This document shows positions 1-9,966 of a stretch of 64,000 nucleotides of DNA, piece after piece. Made by a program: the position numbers and the translations under genes. Every line of letters begins with the position of its first letter. Within the stretch, counting starts at the first letter, position 1. The notes beneath the pieces are model-generated. The model made no database searches and was not told where the DNA came from. It was given only the letters and a program-made list of their open reading frames with translations. The DNA is from Methanobacteriota archaeon (GTDB taxonomy: Archaea > Thermoplasmatota > E2 > DHVEG-1), in assembly GCA_963769885.1 (NCBI GenBank), contig CAVYNH010000006.1, positions 640,001 to 704,000 of the forward strand, given 5' to 3'.

Positions 1-564
1 GAGGTCGTCGATATCCATAAGCTTGTCATCAGCCCTGGGGAAAAAGTCTGGATCGTCTTCATCGATATCCATATCCTGGACTACGACGGCAATCTGTTTG
101 ACGCGGCGTCTCTGGGCGCGCTTGCTGCCCTGTTGACCACGAAGATCCCCATCCTTCGGATGATGGAGTCCGGTGCGTTGGATAAAAAGGATCTCGAGGA
201 ATGGTACAGTCGGACGAACAACGAAGAGATCCGAGAGCTGTATTCCACCCCGGATTTTGACGAGATCGTCGCCAAGAAGAAGCAGGGCGTATTGTCACGG
301 ATTGGTCTGCCGATGACCGAGCCGCCGATCTCCTGCACCGCGGTGAAGATCGCGAACTTCGTCCTCTTCGACCCCAGTCTGGACGAGGAGGAGCTCGCGG
401 ATGCCCGTCTGACCGTCGCGACCGATACGAACGGGGACATCCGGGCGATGCAGAAGGGCCTGGCCGGCAGCTTCACCAAAGAGGAGATCCAAGGCGTCAT
501 CCAGGGCGCGCTGGAGAACGGCCGGACCGTCCGCGAAAAACTCTCAGAAAGCATCGGCAAATAG
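1..564 (+). CDS. rrp42: Exosome complex component Rrp42 (5'-truncated by window edge)
   Basis: Frame 1 from base 1 reads ...GEKVWIVFIDIHILDYDGNLFDAASLGALAAL...DPSLDEEELADARLTV...AMQKG (RNase PH-like Rrp42 motifs); lies upstream of rpl37ae-rpoP-pcc1. Confidence 0.93.
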   Translation, partial: EVVDIHKLVISPGEKVWIVFIDIHILDYDGNLFDAASLGALAALLTTKIPILRMMESGALDKKDLEEWYSRTNNEEIRELYSTPDFDEIVAKKKQGVLSRIGLPMTEPPISCTAVKIANFVLFDPSLDEEELADARLTVATDTNGDIRAMQKGLAGSFTKEEIQGVIQGALENGRTVREKLSESIGK

Positions 565-571
565 CGTTCCG

Positions 572-610
572 TCCCTCTTTTTTTCCTTTTTTTTAATTCC
601 CTTTGACTTT
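572..610 (+). terminator. Oligo-T terminator-like tract after rrp42
   Basis: ctctttttttcctttttttt directly after the stop codon. Confidence 0.5.
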
Positions 611-668
611 CCCGGAGGCATGGTTTTAAATATATGATACAGATGTCCTCTGTAAGGGAGAATGAATT

Positions 669-1097
669 ATGAAGAAACTAACCGTTATCCTTGGCATAAG
701 CCTCGTGCTTCTTTCGTTAGCACCCATAACCTCAGCCGCTATCCCCGGCAGGCATCTCCTGCGACACCGCCAGCCGATGCCGACCGATGGCAACTTCACG
801 GGAGTCATCGCCATTAAAAACGAAACCGGCTACGTCCCCGTCGGTGAATTCAGCGGCACCTACGCGGGCTTCACCTTCGAAGGAACCTGGAGCGAAGGGA
901 GCGCCACCGGCACCATGATGGGCTGGGCCTGGGGCCACATCTTCATCGGGCAGATGAACGTCACCGGCATGAACCAGAGCACCTGGTTCGGCGGGCTCTT
1001 CCACGTCAACGCCACGGCATCCACCTTCCGCGCCGTGTCCATCATCCTTCTCGGCGAAAACTACACCATCCGCTACGCCCTCGGGGACCTCGAATAA
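669..1097 (+). CDS. Secreted hypothetical protein (beta-rich)
   Basis: Signal peptide MKKLTVILGISLVLLSLA; GGAG upstream; T-tract downstream. Confidence 0.75.
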   Translation: MKKLTVILGISLVLLSLAPITSAAIPGRHLLRHRQPMPTDGNFTGVIAIKNETGYVPVGEFSGTYAGFTFEGTWSEGSATGTMMGWAWGHIFIGQMNVTGMNQSTWFGGLFHVNATASTFRAVSIILLGENYTIRYALGDLE

Positions 1098-1192
1098 TCG
1101 GGCCTCCCCCATTTCTTCCTTTTTTTCCTCTCTTGTAGGGGAAATGCTATAAATACCTCCCGACATTTCTTCATACCAAAAGGGGGATTCTC

Positions 1193-2783
1193 ATGCCATC
1201 CAGGATACGTTGTCTTGTCGTCTTCATTGTCCTCGTTAGCATCCTCGGCGGCCTCGCCCCCTTCACCCAAGGCATCACACCCCGCTCCCTCCGACCTCTT
1301 AGCATAACCCTCTATGTCGGGGGATCGGGACCGAACAACTACACCCGGATCCAGGACGCCATCGATAACGCCACCGCTGGCGACACCATCTACGTCTACC
1401 CAGGCACCTACGTCGAACGCCTCCTCATCACCAAGACCCTCACCCTCATCGGCGCCTCGGCACCAGAGACGATCATCGACGGCAACGGCAGCGGCAACGT
1501 CGTCAAGATACAAACCGCCGCCGACGTGACCGTGACCGATTTTACCCTGCAGAACGGCGGCATCGGCGCCTACCTCGTCCAAGCAACCAGGGCCCATATC
1601 CACCACACGCTCATCACCGACAACTGGGAAGGCATCGGCCTCCTGAACAGCACCTCCTGCACCCTCCACAACAACCGCATCACCCACAACGGCTTCGAAG
1701 GCATCAACCCCGTCCACACCGTCGGCACCAGCATCACCAATAACCTGATCGTCGACCACCTCGAAGGCATCTACCTCGTCGGGTCCACCAGCAGCATCGT
1801 CACCAACAACACCTTCAAAGCCAACTCCCGCGGCATCGAAGTCCGCGAATCCTCCAACAGCAACCAGTTCTACCACAACAATTTCTACTCAAGCGAAGAA
1901 GACAACGCCTACGATGAATGCACCAACACCTGGGACCACGGCTACCCCAGCGGCGGCAACTACTGGGACGACTACCACGGCCAGGACAACAACCACGACG
2001 GAATCGGCGACACCCCCTATGCCATCCCGGGAGGCAACAACCACAACCGATACCCCCTCATGCTTCCCCGAAACCACGCCCCTGACCAGCCAGCCGCCCC
2101 AAAACCCTCCAACGGCGCGACGAACGTATTTTTAAATCCTGCCCTGTCCGTTTTCGTCTCCGACCCCAATGGGGATGCACTCTCTGTCTCCTTCTACGAC
2201 GCCTCAACCCATCAGCTCATCGGCACCGTCTCCAACGTCCCCAGCCTCACCCGCGCCACCCTCACTTGGCACGCCGTCTCGCCCTACACCCAGTATGAAT
2301 GGTACGTGGTCGCCAGCGACGGCTCGCAGTCCAACCAATCCCAGACCTGGACCTTTACGAACCGGGAACGGGACGAACCTGCCGCCCACAGCCCCCGTCA
2401 TCCATGGCCCTGCCTCCGGGATGGTGGGGCACCCCTGTAACTTCACCTTCCTCTCCACAGACCCTGAAGGCTTCCCAGTCTCATACTACATAACCTGGGG
2501 CGATGGGACGCCCTCAACCTGGATCGGGCCATTTGCCTCCGGTCGGGAGGTCACGATAAACCATACCTGGGAGAAACGAGGATTGTATAGCATTCGAGCC
2601 AAGGCGAGAGACAGCCAGGGCGTCGAGAGCGGCTGGGGGACGTTCTTCGTCATCCGCATACCGATCTCACAGACCCTTCCACCCAGCATCTTGTGGCAAC
2701 GCCTCATCGCGCGATGCCAACAGATTCTCCAATGGCTGCGAGACAACCTGCCGATTCGAGGGCTCCCTTTTCTCCAGGGTTGA
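1193..2783 (+). CDS. Secreted NosD/CASH beta-helix protein with C-terminal Ig/PKD domains (apparent frameshift at 2360-2361)
   Basis: YVGGSGPNNY, NYWDDY..DGIGDTPY motifs; deleting one A at 2360-2361 joins ORF 1193-2440 to the PKD-containing ORF (YITWGDG) ending at 2783. Confidence 0.85.
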
Positions 2784-2906
2784 AGGCTGCCTTCCTTGCA
2801 GAAAGATACAAATACTCCTTTTTGTTATGCATGGAGACATAAGATATAAATAACGCAATTCACGTACGCTGTCTCCCCACTCTGTGGGATTCCACGAGGA
2901 TTCATC

Positions 2907-3194
2907 ATGTCACGACGAACCAAGAAAGTCGGCACCTCCGGCCGCTTCCAATCCCGATACGGGGTCAAATCACGGACGATCGTCCGCGAAATCGAATCAC
3001 AACAGCGCCAAAACCACCCATGCCCCAGCTGCGGCGCGCTCAACGTCCACCGCACGAGCACCGGCATCTGGCAGTGCAGGAAATGCGGCTACACCTTCGC
3101 CGGTGGCGCCTACATGCCCACCACACCCTCCGGGACTAGCGCGGATCGCATCCTTCGTGGCCTCGCGGTCGAACCCGCCGCAAAAGAGGAGTAA
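2907..3194 (+). CDS. rpl37ae: 50S ribosomal protein L37Ae (eL43)
   Basis: RTKKVG..GRF..RYG, CPSC...TGIWQCRKC..FAGGAY. Confidence 0.97.
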   Translation: MSRRTKKVGTSGRFQSRYGVKSRTIVREIESQQRQNHPCPSCGALNVHRTSTGIWQCRKCGYTFAGGAYMPTTPSGTSADRILRGLAVEPAAKEE

Positions 3195-3200
3195 CCAACT

Positions 3201-3341
3201 ATGACACGGTATAAGTGCGGTCTATGCAAGAAATCCGTGCAGTTCGACGTCAAAAACATCGGGATGCAATGCCCGTACTGCGGCAGCAAGGTCTTCTACA
3301 AGGAACGCCCCACGGTGGCCAAACGCATCAAATCCGCATGA
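3201..3341 (+). CDS. rpoP: DNA-directed RNA polymerase subunit P (Rpo12)
   Basis: Hand translation MTRYKCGLCKKSVQFDVKNIGMQCPYCGSKVFYKERPTVAKRIKSA; GAGGAG SD; canonical position after rpl37ae; absent from the ORF track. Confidence 0.95.
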   Translation: MTRYKCGLCKKSVQFDVKNIGMQCPYCGSKVFYKERPTVAKRIKSA

Positions 3342-3577
3342 CCCATCACGTCATTTTTTCATTTCCCTTTGCCACCCCGCGCGACGCAGAGATCATCGCC
3401 CAGACCTTATCCCCCGAGATTACTCAACACATCCCAAAATCCACAACCAGCCTCCACATCACCGGCACAACCCTGACCCTGACGATCACCGCTGAGGAAC
3501 TCTCCAGCCTGCGAGCAGCCTGCAACTCCTACCTGCGCTGGATCCAGACGGCGATCAGTGTCAAAGACCTCGTCTAA
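3338..3577 (+). CDS. pcc1: KEOPS complex subunit Pcc1
   Basis: ATGA overlap with rpoP; L.PE...ITAEELSSLRAACNSYLRW motif. Confidence 0.9.
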   Translation: MTHHVIFSFPFATPRDAEIIAQTLSPEITQHIPKSTTSLHITGTTLTLTITAEELSSLRAACNSYLRWIQTAISVKDLV

Positions 3578-5019
3578 CTCCTTTTGTGAAAGAAGTCGAA
3601 GTCAAGACCGCCCCAGTCGTCATGGTCCAAGAACCCATGGCTCCCATCCGAATAATCAAGATATTTGTACACGTACCGGTAGTTCATGCAGCTGCGGTAA
3701 TTCACGAAGAGCCTGTAGGCCAAGCTGCCGGGTTTAGCCGTCAGAAACAGGTCACAGCCGAGAGGGAAGAGCAAATCGAGGCCGAACGTGTGACCGAGCT
3801 CATGCATCATCGCACTGGCATACGTGAAATTCGCGACCTCAGACGACTGATTCTCGAACTTCTTCGATATCTGGACAGATGAAAGCTCAAAGGAGTTTAT
3901 CCCCTGCTTATGCCAGGTGTTGAAGAACGCTCGCTCCCCAACAAAAGCCATCCCGGTCGCGGGATGATAATGAAGACTGGCACACCACCGGAACACGTCC
4001 CGTCGCCAGGTCGCTGGATTCTCATGCAGGAAGAACCGCTGATATAGCGCCTTCAGCTCCAAAGGAGAGACTTCGTCATCATAGGGGAGGATCTCGCCTC
4101 CGCCGCCCATGGCTCCGTCGTCGACATGGACGACGATGTCATGGACCGCGAACGGATCCCTGAGCCGCTCGAAGGCGCCGTGCGGAATCACATTCGACTC
4201 CCCTCCAGGCCCGCCCTGCATCACGTCCACCTCGAGGAAGACATCCCGCCTGAAAGGATCCGAGGCCCACGCTGACAGGCGCTGCTCTAAGAGGTTAGCC
4301 ACCCCATCATCATCCGGGTCCAGCTTCTGATGATCATCGGCAGCGAAGGGGTCGTAGCCCCAACGATACTCCCAGCCGGTCGATGCGCCGTCACCATCTG
4401 GGTCCGTCCCCGAGTCGTTTTGCAGTGGGTCAGTATGGAGCAAGGTCGTCTCCGCCCAGTATGGGATGCCGTCCCCGTCGACGTCGGTCTGCCGCACCTG
4501 GAACCAAAGCTCGCAGTCCCGTTCCGAGGCGCCGTCACCCTGATCGTCTGCCCCATTCGCCCGTCCGTATCCACTGGGGTCCCAAATCGCATCACCACCA
4601 TCCCAGCGGCCGGTCCGGACATCGTACACCAGATTGAGACCATAGCCTTCCGGCGAGGACCCACTGCGGCTACAGATATCGCAGAGCCGGTCCCCGCCAG
4701 GGCCCGCATCATAGAGGGAGAGGGAAATAGCAACCATCGCCTGATCATCGGGGACGTTCAGGCTTGCGTTCCACCTGCTCTGCACGTCCGTTGTGTTCAC
4801 CCAGACGGAGCTCTGAAACTCATCGGAGTTGATCCGTACCCGAACGAAGAAATCAGGCGCAGAGTCACTATCGATGATTGCAAGCGCCCGGATTTCAGAA
4901 ACCTCCACCGTGACAACGATGTCTGTCAAGGGATCATAATCCTCCAGTATCCCCGCAGAGATCCCTGTAGGGATGAGGCAGAGAGCCGCCATGATCAGAC
5001 TCCCCCATAATCTGCGCAT
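3574..5019 (-). CDS. Secreted zinc metallopeptidase-like protein (HExxH) with Ca-binding DxDxDG repeats
   Basis: Signal peptide; MMHELGHTFGL and Met-turn-like SCMNY; DVDGDG/DPDGDG repeats. Confidence 0.8.
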   Translation of the reverse strand: MRRLWGSLIMAALCLIPTGISAGILEDYDPLTDIVVTVEVSEIRALAIIDSDSAPDFFVRVRINSDEFQSSVWVNTTDVQSRWNASLNVPDDQAMVAISLSLYDAGPGGDRLCDICSRSGSSPEGYGLNLVYDVRTGRWDGGDAIWDPSGYGRANGADDQGDGASERDCELWFQVRQTDVDGDGIPYWAETTLLHTDPLQNDSGTDPDGDGASTGWEYRWGYDPFAADDHQKLDPDDDGVANLLEQRLSAWASDPFRRDVFLEVDVMQGGPGGESNVIPHGAFERLRDPFAVHDIVVHVDDGAMGGGGEILPYDDEVSPLELKALYQRFFLHENPATWRRDVFRWCASLHYHPATGMAFVGERAFFNTWHKQGINSFELSSVQISKKFENQSSEVANFTYASAMMHELGHTFGLDLLFPLGCDLFLTAKPGSLAYRLFVNYRSCMNYRYVYKYLDYSDGSHGFLDHDDWGGLDFDFFHKRS

Positions 5020-5099
5020 ACCACCTTAAAAAAACGCCTCTAGTAATTATATGAGTTTCGCCTCGTCCCGCCTCGGGGTATAAAAGGACAACGCCGCCT

Positions 5100-6365
5100 T
5101 TACCGCTCCAGCGTCTCCTCTCGCCCCGGTCCTATCGACACCAATCCAATGCGGACGCCCGTCTGCTTCTCCACGAACCGCAGGTACGCCTGCGCCGGCT
5201 TCGGCAGCCCCGAGAACTTCTTCGCCGCCGGCGAAAACTCCTCCCACCCGGGGAACGTCTCATACACCGGCTGGCACTCCGCCACATCATCAATACCAGA
5301 CGGGAAGACGTCCGTCTCCTCACCATGCAGCTGGTACACGGTACAAACTTTTACTTCTGGAAGCCCACTCAACACATCCAGCTTCGTGACCGCCAGACTA
5401 TTCACGCCAGACAGCAGGCAGGAATGTCTGACCACGACAAGGTCAAGCCAGCCGCAGCGCCGCGGCCGATTCGTCGTCGTCCCAAACTCATGACCCTTCT
5501 CCTGCAGATGCATCCCGGCTGAATCAGTCAACTCCGTCGGGAACGGCCCACCGCCCACCCGCGTCGTATACGCCTTCATAATCCCAATGATCTTCGAGAT
5601 ATGCTGCGGCCCGATCCCCGCCCCCGTACATGCCCCACCAGCGACTGTGTTCGACGAGGTGGTATACGGGTATGTCCCATAGTCCACATCCAGCATCGTT
5701 CCCTGCGCCCCCTCCAGCAGCACCTGCTTCCCAGCCTGGAGCGCATCATTGAGCTCCACATGCGTCGGCCCAATGTACTCCCGCAGGCGATCACCATACG
5801 AGGCGTACGCGGTTAGGATCCGCCCCAGGTCAAGTCGCTCCTCAATCCCATACAAAGCTAAAAGCTTCTGCTTCAAGGGAAGGATACGCTCCAGTCGCCG
5901 CTTCAGCCGCTGCAGATCTGTCAGATCCCCCGCCCGGATCCCATTCCTCGCGACCTTATCACTGTAACACGGCCCGATTCCCCGGCCCGTCGTCCCAATC
6001 TTCTTATCTTCCAGGATACGCTCCTCGGCGCCATCAAGGATTCTATGATACGGCATTATGATATTTGCCCGGTCACTAATGCGCAGCTGTGGCGTCTTAC
6101 CCCGCTTCCTCAAATCCTCAATTTCACGCAACAATACCTCAGGGTCGATGACGACCCCGTTGCCAATGACGCCGATCTTCCCCTGAATCACCCCGGAGGG
6201 CGTCACATGCAGTTTGAAAACCTCGTCGCCGACCTTAATCGTATGCCCCGCGTTATTCCCGCCCTGGAACCGGACCACATAGTCCGCAGTCTTCGCATAG
6301 TAGTCGACAACCTTGCCTTTCCCCTCATCGCCCCACTGGGTCCCCATCACGAGCGTCGCAGGCAT
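5100..6365 (-). CDS. purA: Adenylosuccinate synthetase
   Basis: QWGDEGKGK, GGNNAGHT, EGAQG, GTTTNRPRRCGW. Confidence 0.98.
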   Translation of the reverse strand: MPATLVMGTQWGDEGKGKVVDYYAKTADYVVRFQGGNNAGHTIKVGDEVFKLHVTPSGVIQGKIGVIGNGVVIDPEVLLREIEDLRKRGKTPQLRISDRANIIMPYHRILDGAEERILEDKKIGTTGRGIGPCYSDKVARNGIRAGDLTDLQRLKRRLERILPLKQKLLALYGIEERLDLGRILTAYASYGDRLREYIGPTHVELNDALQAGKQVLLEGAQGTMLDVDYGTYPYTTSSNTVAGGACTGAGIGPQHISKIIGIMKAYTTRVGGGPFPTELTDSAGMHLQEKGHEFGTTTNRPRRCGWLDLVVVRHSCLLSGVNSLAVTKLDVLSGLPEVKVCTVYQLHGEETDVFPSGIDDVAECQPVYETFPGWEEFSPAAKKFSGLPKPAQAYLRFVEKQTGVRIGLVSIGPGREETLER

Positions 6366-6388
6366 ACTCCCTCAGACCTCACATTCTT

Positions 6389-6778
6389 TTACTCAGATTT
6401 CACGACATTGATCGAGAACTTCGGCGGATGATCCAGATGCTTCTTCACCAGGCAGGACTCCGCCGCCCGGATGACCCCCGCCCGGTACTTCTCCGGGAAC
6501 TCCCTGGGGACACGAAGCATGAGGATGATTTCCTCCACCAGATGGCTGCGCGGGTCCTTCTCTGCATGTAGCGTCACTCTGACCTTGTCCGCGGGGATAT
6601 CGCGCTGTCGGCAGAAGTAGAGGACAAAATAGCCCATGCAGGTCCCAATCGAAGCGAGAAACAACTGGAATGGCGTCGGTGCCGCATTCTCCCCCTCAGG
6701 AGCAGGTTGGTCAGTCAACACCTCGAACCCATCAAAGCTCGCCAGCACCTGACTGCCCTTTGGAAACGTCACCTTCAT
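6389..6778 (-). CDS. OsmC/Ohr family protein
   Basis: TDQP....N.APTP.QLFLASIGTC and second Cys in ESCLVK; start taken at MKVTF. Confidence 0.88.
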   Translation of the reverse strand: MKVTFPKGSQVLASFDGFEVLTDQPAPEGENAAPTPFQLFLASIGTCMGYFVLYFCRQRDIPADKVRVTLHAEKDPRSHLVEEIILMLRVPREFPEKYRAGVIRAAESCLVKKHLDHPPKFSINVVKSE

Positions 6779-6908
6779 CTCCACAAGGATCAATCCTCCC
6801 CGTACTGGTACGGGATGCCAGGGGAATCGCACCCGAGGTTATCAACGTTACCACAGAAAAAATAAAAAAAAAGAAAAAAAGACGCCGTTTCAGCGGACTG
6901 ATTCGTTC

Positions 6909-8117
6909 TTACAGCTGGTACTTGAAGATCCATTCGGTGAAGTTCATCCCATCCGGGATAATGACGTTTCCGCAGTTGATCTCGTTCTTGCCGTCGTTGT
7001 CGCAGTCGCCGATGGCGACGACCGCCACCTGGCCGAACGTCGGCAGCGTGGCCTCCTCGACGTAGGTGGTCCCGTTCCACTGCAGGACATGGGTCACGCC
7101 CGCACCCACGCAGACCTCGGGCATGCCGTCGCCGTCGGTGTCGCCGGCATCGATGCCCTCGATGACCGGTTCCCCGCCAGGCCAGGTCATATCGAATTGC
7201 GTGGCATAGCCGGTCCCGTTCCATTTGAAGATGGTGATTCGGGGGGCGTAGAAGCTGACGAGCAGCTCGGCCTTCTCGTCGCCGTCGCAGTCCTTGCAGA
7301 CGCAGGCGAAGGGCTGCATGTCGTGTTGGTAGTACTGCTGTACCACGGTGGGGATGAATGCCTTTGTTTGCGCGTCCCACTTCAGGACTAGGACCCTTCC
7401 TGAGCAGGCACACGCGATTTCATTTTTCCCATCATTGTCGAGGTCGCCGAGCCCCGCCATGTACACGTATCCATCCTGGGAGTCATTCCATTTGGCGACG
7501 CGTTTAAGGGCGAAGCCGTTCCAGCGCAGCACCTCTATTTCACTTACAGCACCAGTGCCGCCCCAGAGGTTGCCTCCGCTGACAATCAGCTCGTTTTTCC
7601 CGTCATTGTCACAGTCGCCGATGAGGCAGTCTCCGCTCCCTCCATGGTGCCGGTAGATCCATGCGTTCAGTCCGATCATCCAGTATTTCCCGAGCGCGTA
7701 GTGATAGATGGCATCGTACCAGGTAGCGGCGACCTCGTTCTTGCCGTCGTTGGTGACGTCCCCGATTGCCATGCCGCCCGCATCGCACCTGGTAAGGGGA
7801 TAGAGGGGCGGGTGCAGGGCGCGCGCCTGCGTGTAGTTCTGCTTGGTGTCGTCCCATTTCATGACGCGGATGGTGCAGTCTCGTCCGCTGATGAGCAGTT
7901 CGTTTTTGCCGTCGTTGTCCGCGTCGCCGATGGGCTGGGGTCCTTCGTAGCGGGCGCCGGTGCGAGGGTCGCTGCCGTACTCCGCTTTCCATTGCTGGAT
8001 GTAGCCGCTGGTGGATGTCAGAGTGTTCTCGGTCTTGATTTGGGCGAGGACGCTGGCGCCGAGGACGGCATTGAGTGATAGCACGGTTGCTAGGATGAAT
8101 GTCAGGAGTGTCTTCAT
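6909..8117 (-). CDS. Secreted FG-GAP/VCBS-repeat beta-propeller protein
   Basis: About seven GDxDNDGKNE repeats; signal peptide. Confidence 0.88.
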   Translation of the reverse strand: MKTLLTFILATVLSLNAVLGASVLAQIKTENTLTSTSGYIQQWKAEYGSDPRTGARYEGPQPIGDADNDGKNELLISGRDCTIRVMKWDDTKQNYTQARALHPPLYPLTRCDAGGMAIGDVTNDGKNEVAATWYDAIYHYALGKYWMIGLNAWIYRHHGGSGDCLIGDCDNDGKNELIVSGGNLWGGTGAVSEIEVLRWNGFALKRVAKWNDSQDGYVYMAGLGDLDNDGKNEIACACSGRVLVLKWDAQTKAFIPTVVQQYYQHDMQPFACVCKDCDGDEKAELLVSFYAPRITIFKWNGTGYATQFDMTWPGGEPVIEGIDAGDTDGDGMPEVCVGAGVTHVLQWNGTTYVEEATLPTFGQVAVVAIGDCDNDGKNEINCGNVIIPDGMNFTEWIFKYQL

Positions 8118-8172
8118 ATTCGTGTTCCCTCTGGCTTATATTATAGTCTGGCGATATTTAAATGCTGTGTGG

Positions 8173-9693
8173 TTAGGGGTGAGGGTGCCATTCCATTTCT
8201 ACTTGGAAGCGGGTGAGGTCGATGTGGCTCCAGTCGTCGTAGTCGTTCTTGCCGTGGCGGCCGTTGGAGTAGCCGATCATGGTGTACATGTAGCCGTAGT
8301 TCATGACGCTGACGTAGGGGCGGTATTTCCAGTAGTCTTTCTGCCAGGGCATGCCGGAGTTCTGATTGTCGATGCCGAGGAATTCGTTGAGGCCGATGTT
8401 GTGGCCGAGCTCGTGCATGTAGGCGCTGCCGTAGACGAGGACGGCCTTGTGGTGGGTCTTGGGGATGATCTTGGAGTTCATCTTGTGGCTGGAGACGCAG
8501 AAGCTGTCGAAGTAGGGGACGTTGCCGTTGAAGAAGTTGAAGCCGCCGACCCAGGCGTCGTATACCATGACGCCCCAGTGGAAGATGCCGCGGCGCCAGT
8601 TGGTGAGGTTGTCGTGGAGGAAGTAGTGGAGGTAGTCGTCGCGAAGGTCATATTGGCTGGTGTTTTCTTGGAAGGGGATGATGTCGGAGCCGCCCATGGG
8701 GCCGTCGTCGAGGTGGAAGTCGATGTTGTGTTGGGCGAAGCAGGTGCGGATGAGTTCTTTAGGTTCGTCGGGGAGGATGGTCTGTTCGCCGCTGGGGCTG
8801 TCTGCCATGCGGTCGAGTTCGACGTAGAGGTCTTTTTTGTAGGGGTCTGAGCCGTATTGGGCGACGCGGTATTCTTTGGTGTTGTTGAGGCCGTCGTTGT
8901 CCGGGTCGAGGGCGGCGTGGCCGTCAGCGGCGAAGGGGTCGTAGCCCCATTGCCAGTCCCAGGTGAGGGGGAGGCCGTCGCCGTTGGGGTCGTAGCCGGT
9001 GTAGTCGGTGGTGGCGTTGAGGTGGTAGATCTGGGTTTTGAGCCAGTAGGGGATGCCGTCGGGGGCGGGGGTGTCCTGGGTGATGGTGAAGTAGAGTTCG
9101 GCGTCGCGGTCGAATTGGTTGATGCTGCCGTCGTCGCAGCCGTTGAGGCGTCCGTAGCCGCTGGGGTCGGAGCCGCCCCACCAGTTTTCGATGCGGTATT
9201 CGGTGCCGTTTTCGCCTTCGTCCCACCAGAAGGCCCAGTCGTCGCCGACCCAGTGGCCGGTTTTGAGGTTGTAGTAGATGTTGGCGGCGGTGTCGTTGTA
9301 TTTGGTGCTTTGTTCGTGGCAGGGGCTGATGTCGCAGAGTCTGCCGGTGTTGTTGTCCGTGAGGGCGATGGTGAGGTTGACCCATTCGTTGTCGGTGGGG
9401 ACGGTGAGGGTGAGGGTCCAGGGGGTGTAGACGTAGGGCTGGTGGTCGTAGACGGGGCTTTTGTGGTGTTCGCCGTTGTAGATGACATCGGCTTGGAAGT
9501 TGGGGTTTTTGGGGATCTTATCCAGGCTGCGGATCTGGGTGACGGTGAGGGTGATGTTGGTTTCGTTGGCGAGGGGGTTGTAGTGGTGGATGGGTGGGGT
9601 GGCGGGCGGGGTAGCGAGGACGGGGGCTGCCGGCAGGCAGAAGAGTAGGGTGATGAGCAGGCCTGCGAGTTTGGTGTGGGTGAGATGCTTCAT
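8173..9693 (-). CDS. Secreted zinc metallopeptidase-like protein, paralogue of 3574-5019
   Basis: YMHELGHNIGL, SVMNY, shared DPSGYGR.NG.DD and WGYDPFAAD motifs. Confidence 0.8.
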   Translation of the reverse strand: MKHLTHTKLAGLLITLLFCLPAAPVLATPPATPPIHHYNPLANETNITLTVTQIRSLDKIPKNPNFQADVIYNGEHHKSPVYDHQPYVYTPWTLTLTVPTDNEWVNLTIALTDNNTGRLCDISPCHEQSTKYNDTAANIYYNLKTGHWVGDDWAFWWDEGENGTEYRIENWWGGSDPSGYGRLNGCDDGSINQFDRDAELYFTITQDTPAPDGIPYWLKTQIYHLNATTDYTGYDPNGDGLPLTWDWQWGYDPFAADGHAALDPDNDGLNNTKEYRVAQYGSDPYKKDLYVELDRMADSPSGEQTILPDEPKELIRTCFAQHNIDFHLDDGPMGGSDIIPFQENTSQYDLRDDYLHYFLHDNLTNWRRGIFHWGVMVYDAWVGGFNFFNGNVPYFDSFCVSSHKMNSKIIPKTHHKAVLVYGSAYMHELGHNIGLNEFLGIDNQNSGMPWQKDYWKYRPYVSVMNYGYMYTMIGYSNGRHGKNDYDDWSHIDLTRFQVEMEWHPHP

Positions 9694-9966
9694 AAGGTTG
9701 GGGACCTCCTAAGGTGTCCAGTGGTAAAATCATAGCGGTTCTAATATAAATATCTTCGGGCAGAGGACGCCGGTGATTTGGGATATTCCGTGCCTGATCC
9801 GACGCTGAATAGGGGGTATTCTGACTGTTTTTCGTTATTTTTTTCTGCGAAAACTGGGGGATGAAGCGGGCCCTGAGGGGTTTTATATGCGGTTTCGTGG
9901 TGGGTTAGCTGGGGTACAGGCTTCCGGTGGCCTTCTGGGGTGTGGTCTCTTCTGGATGGGACCTTA

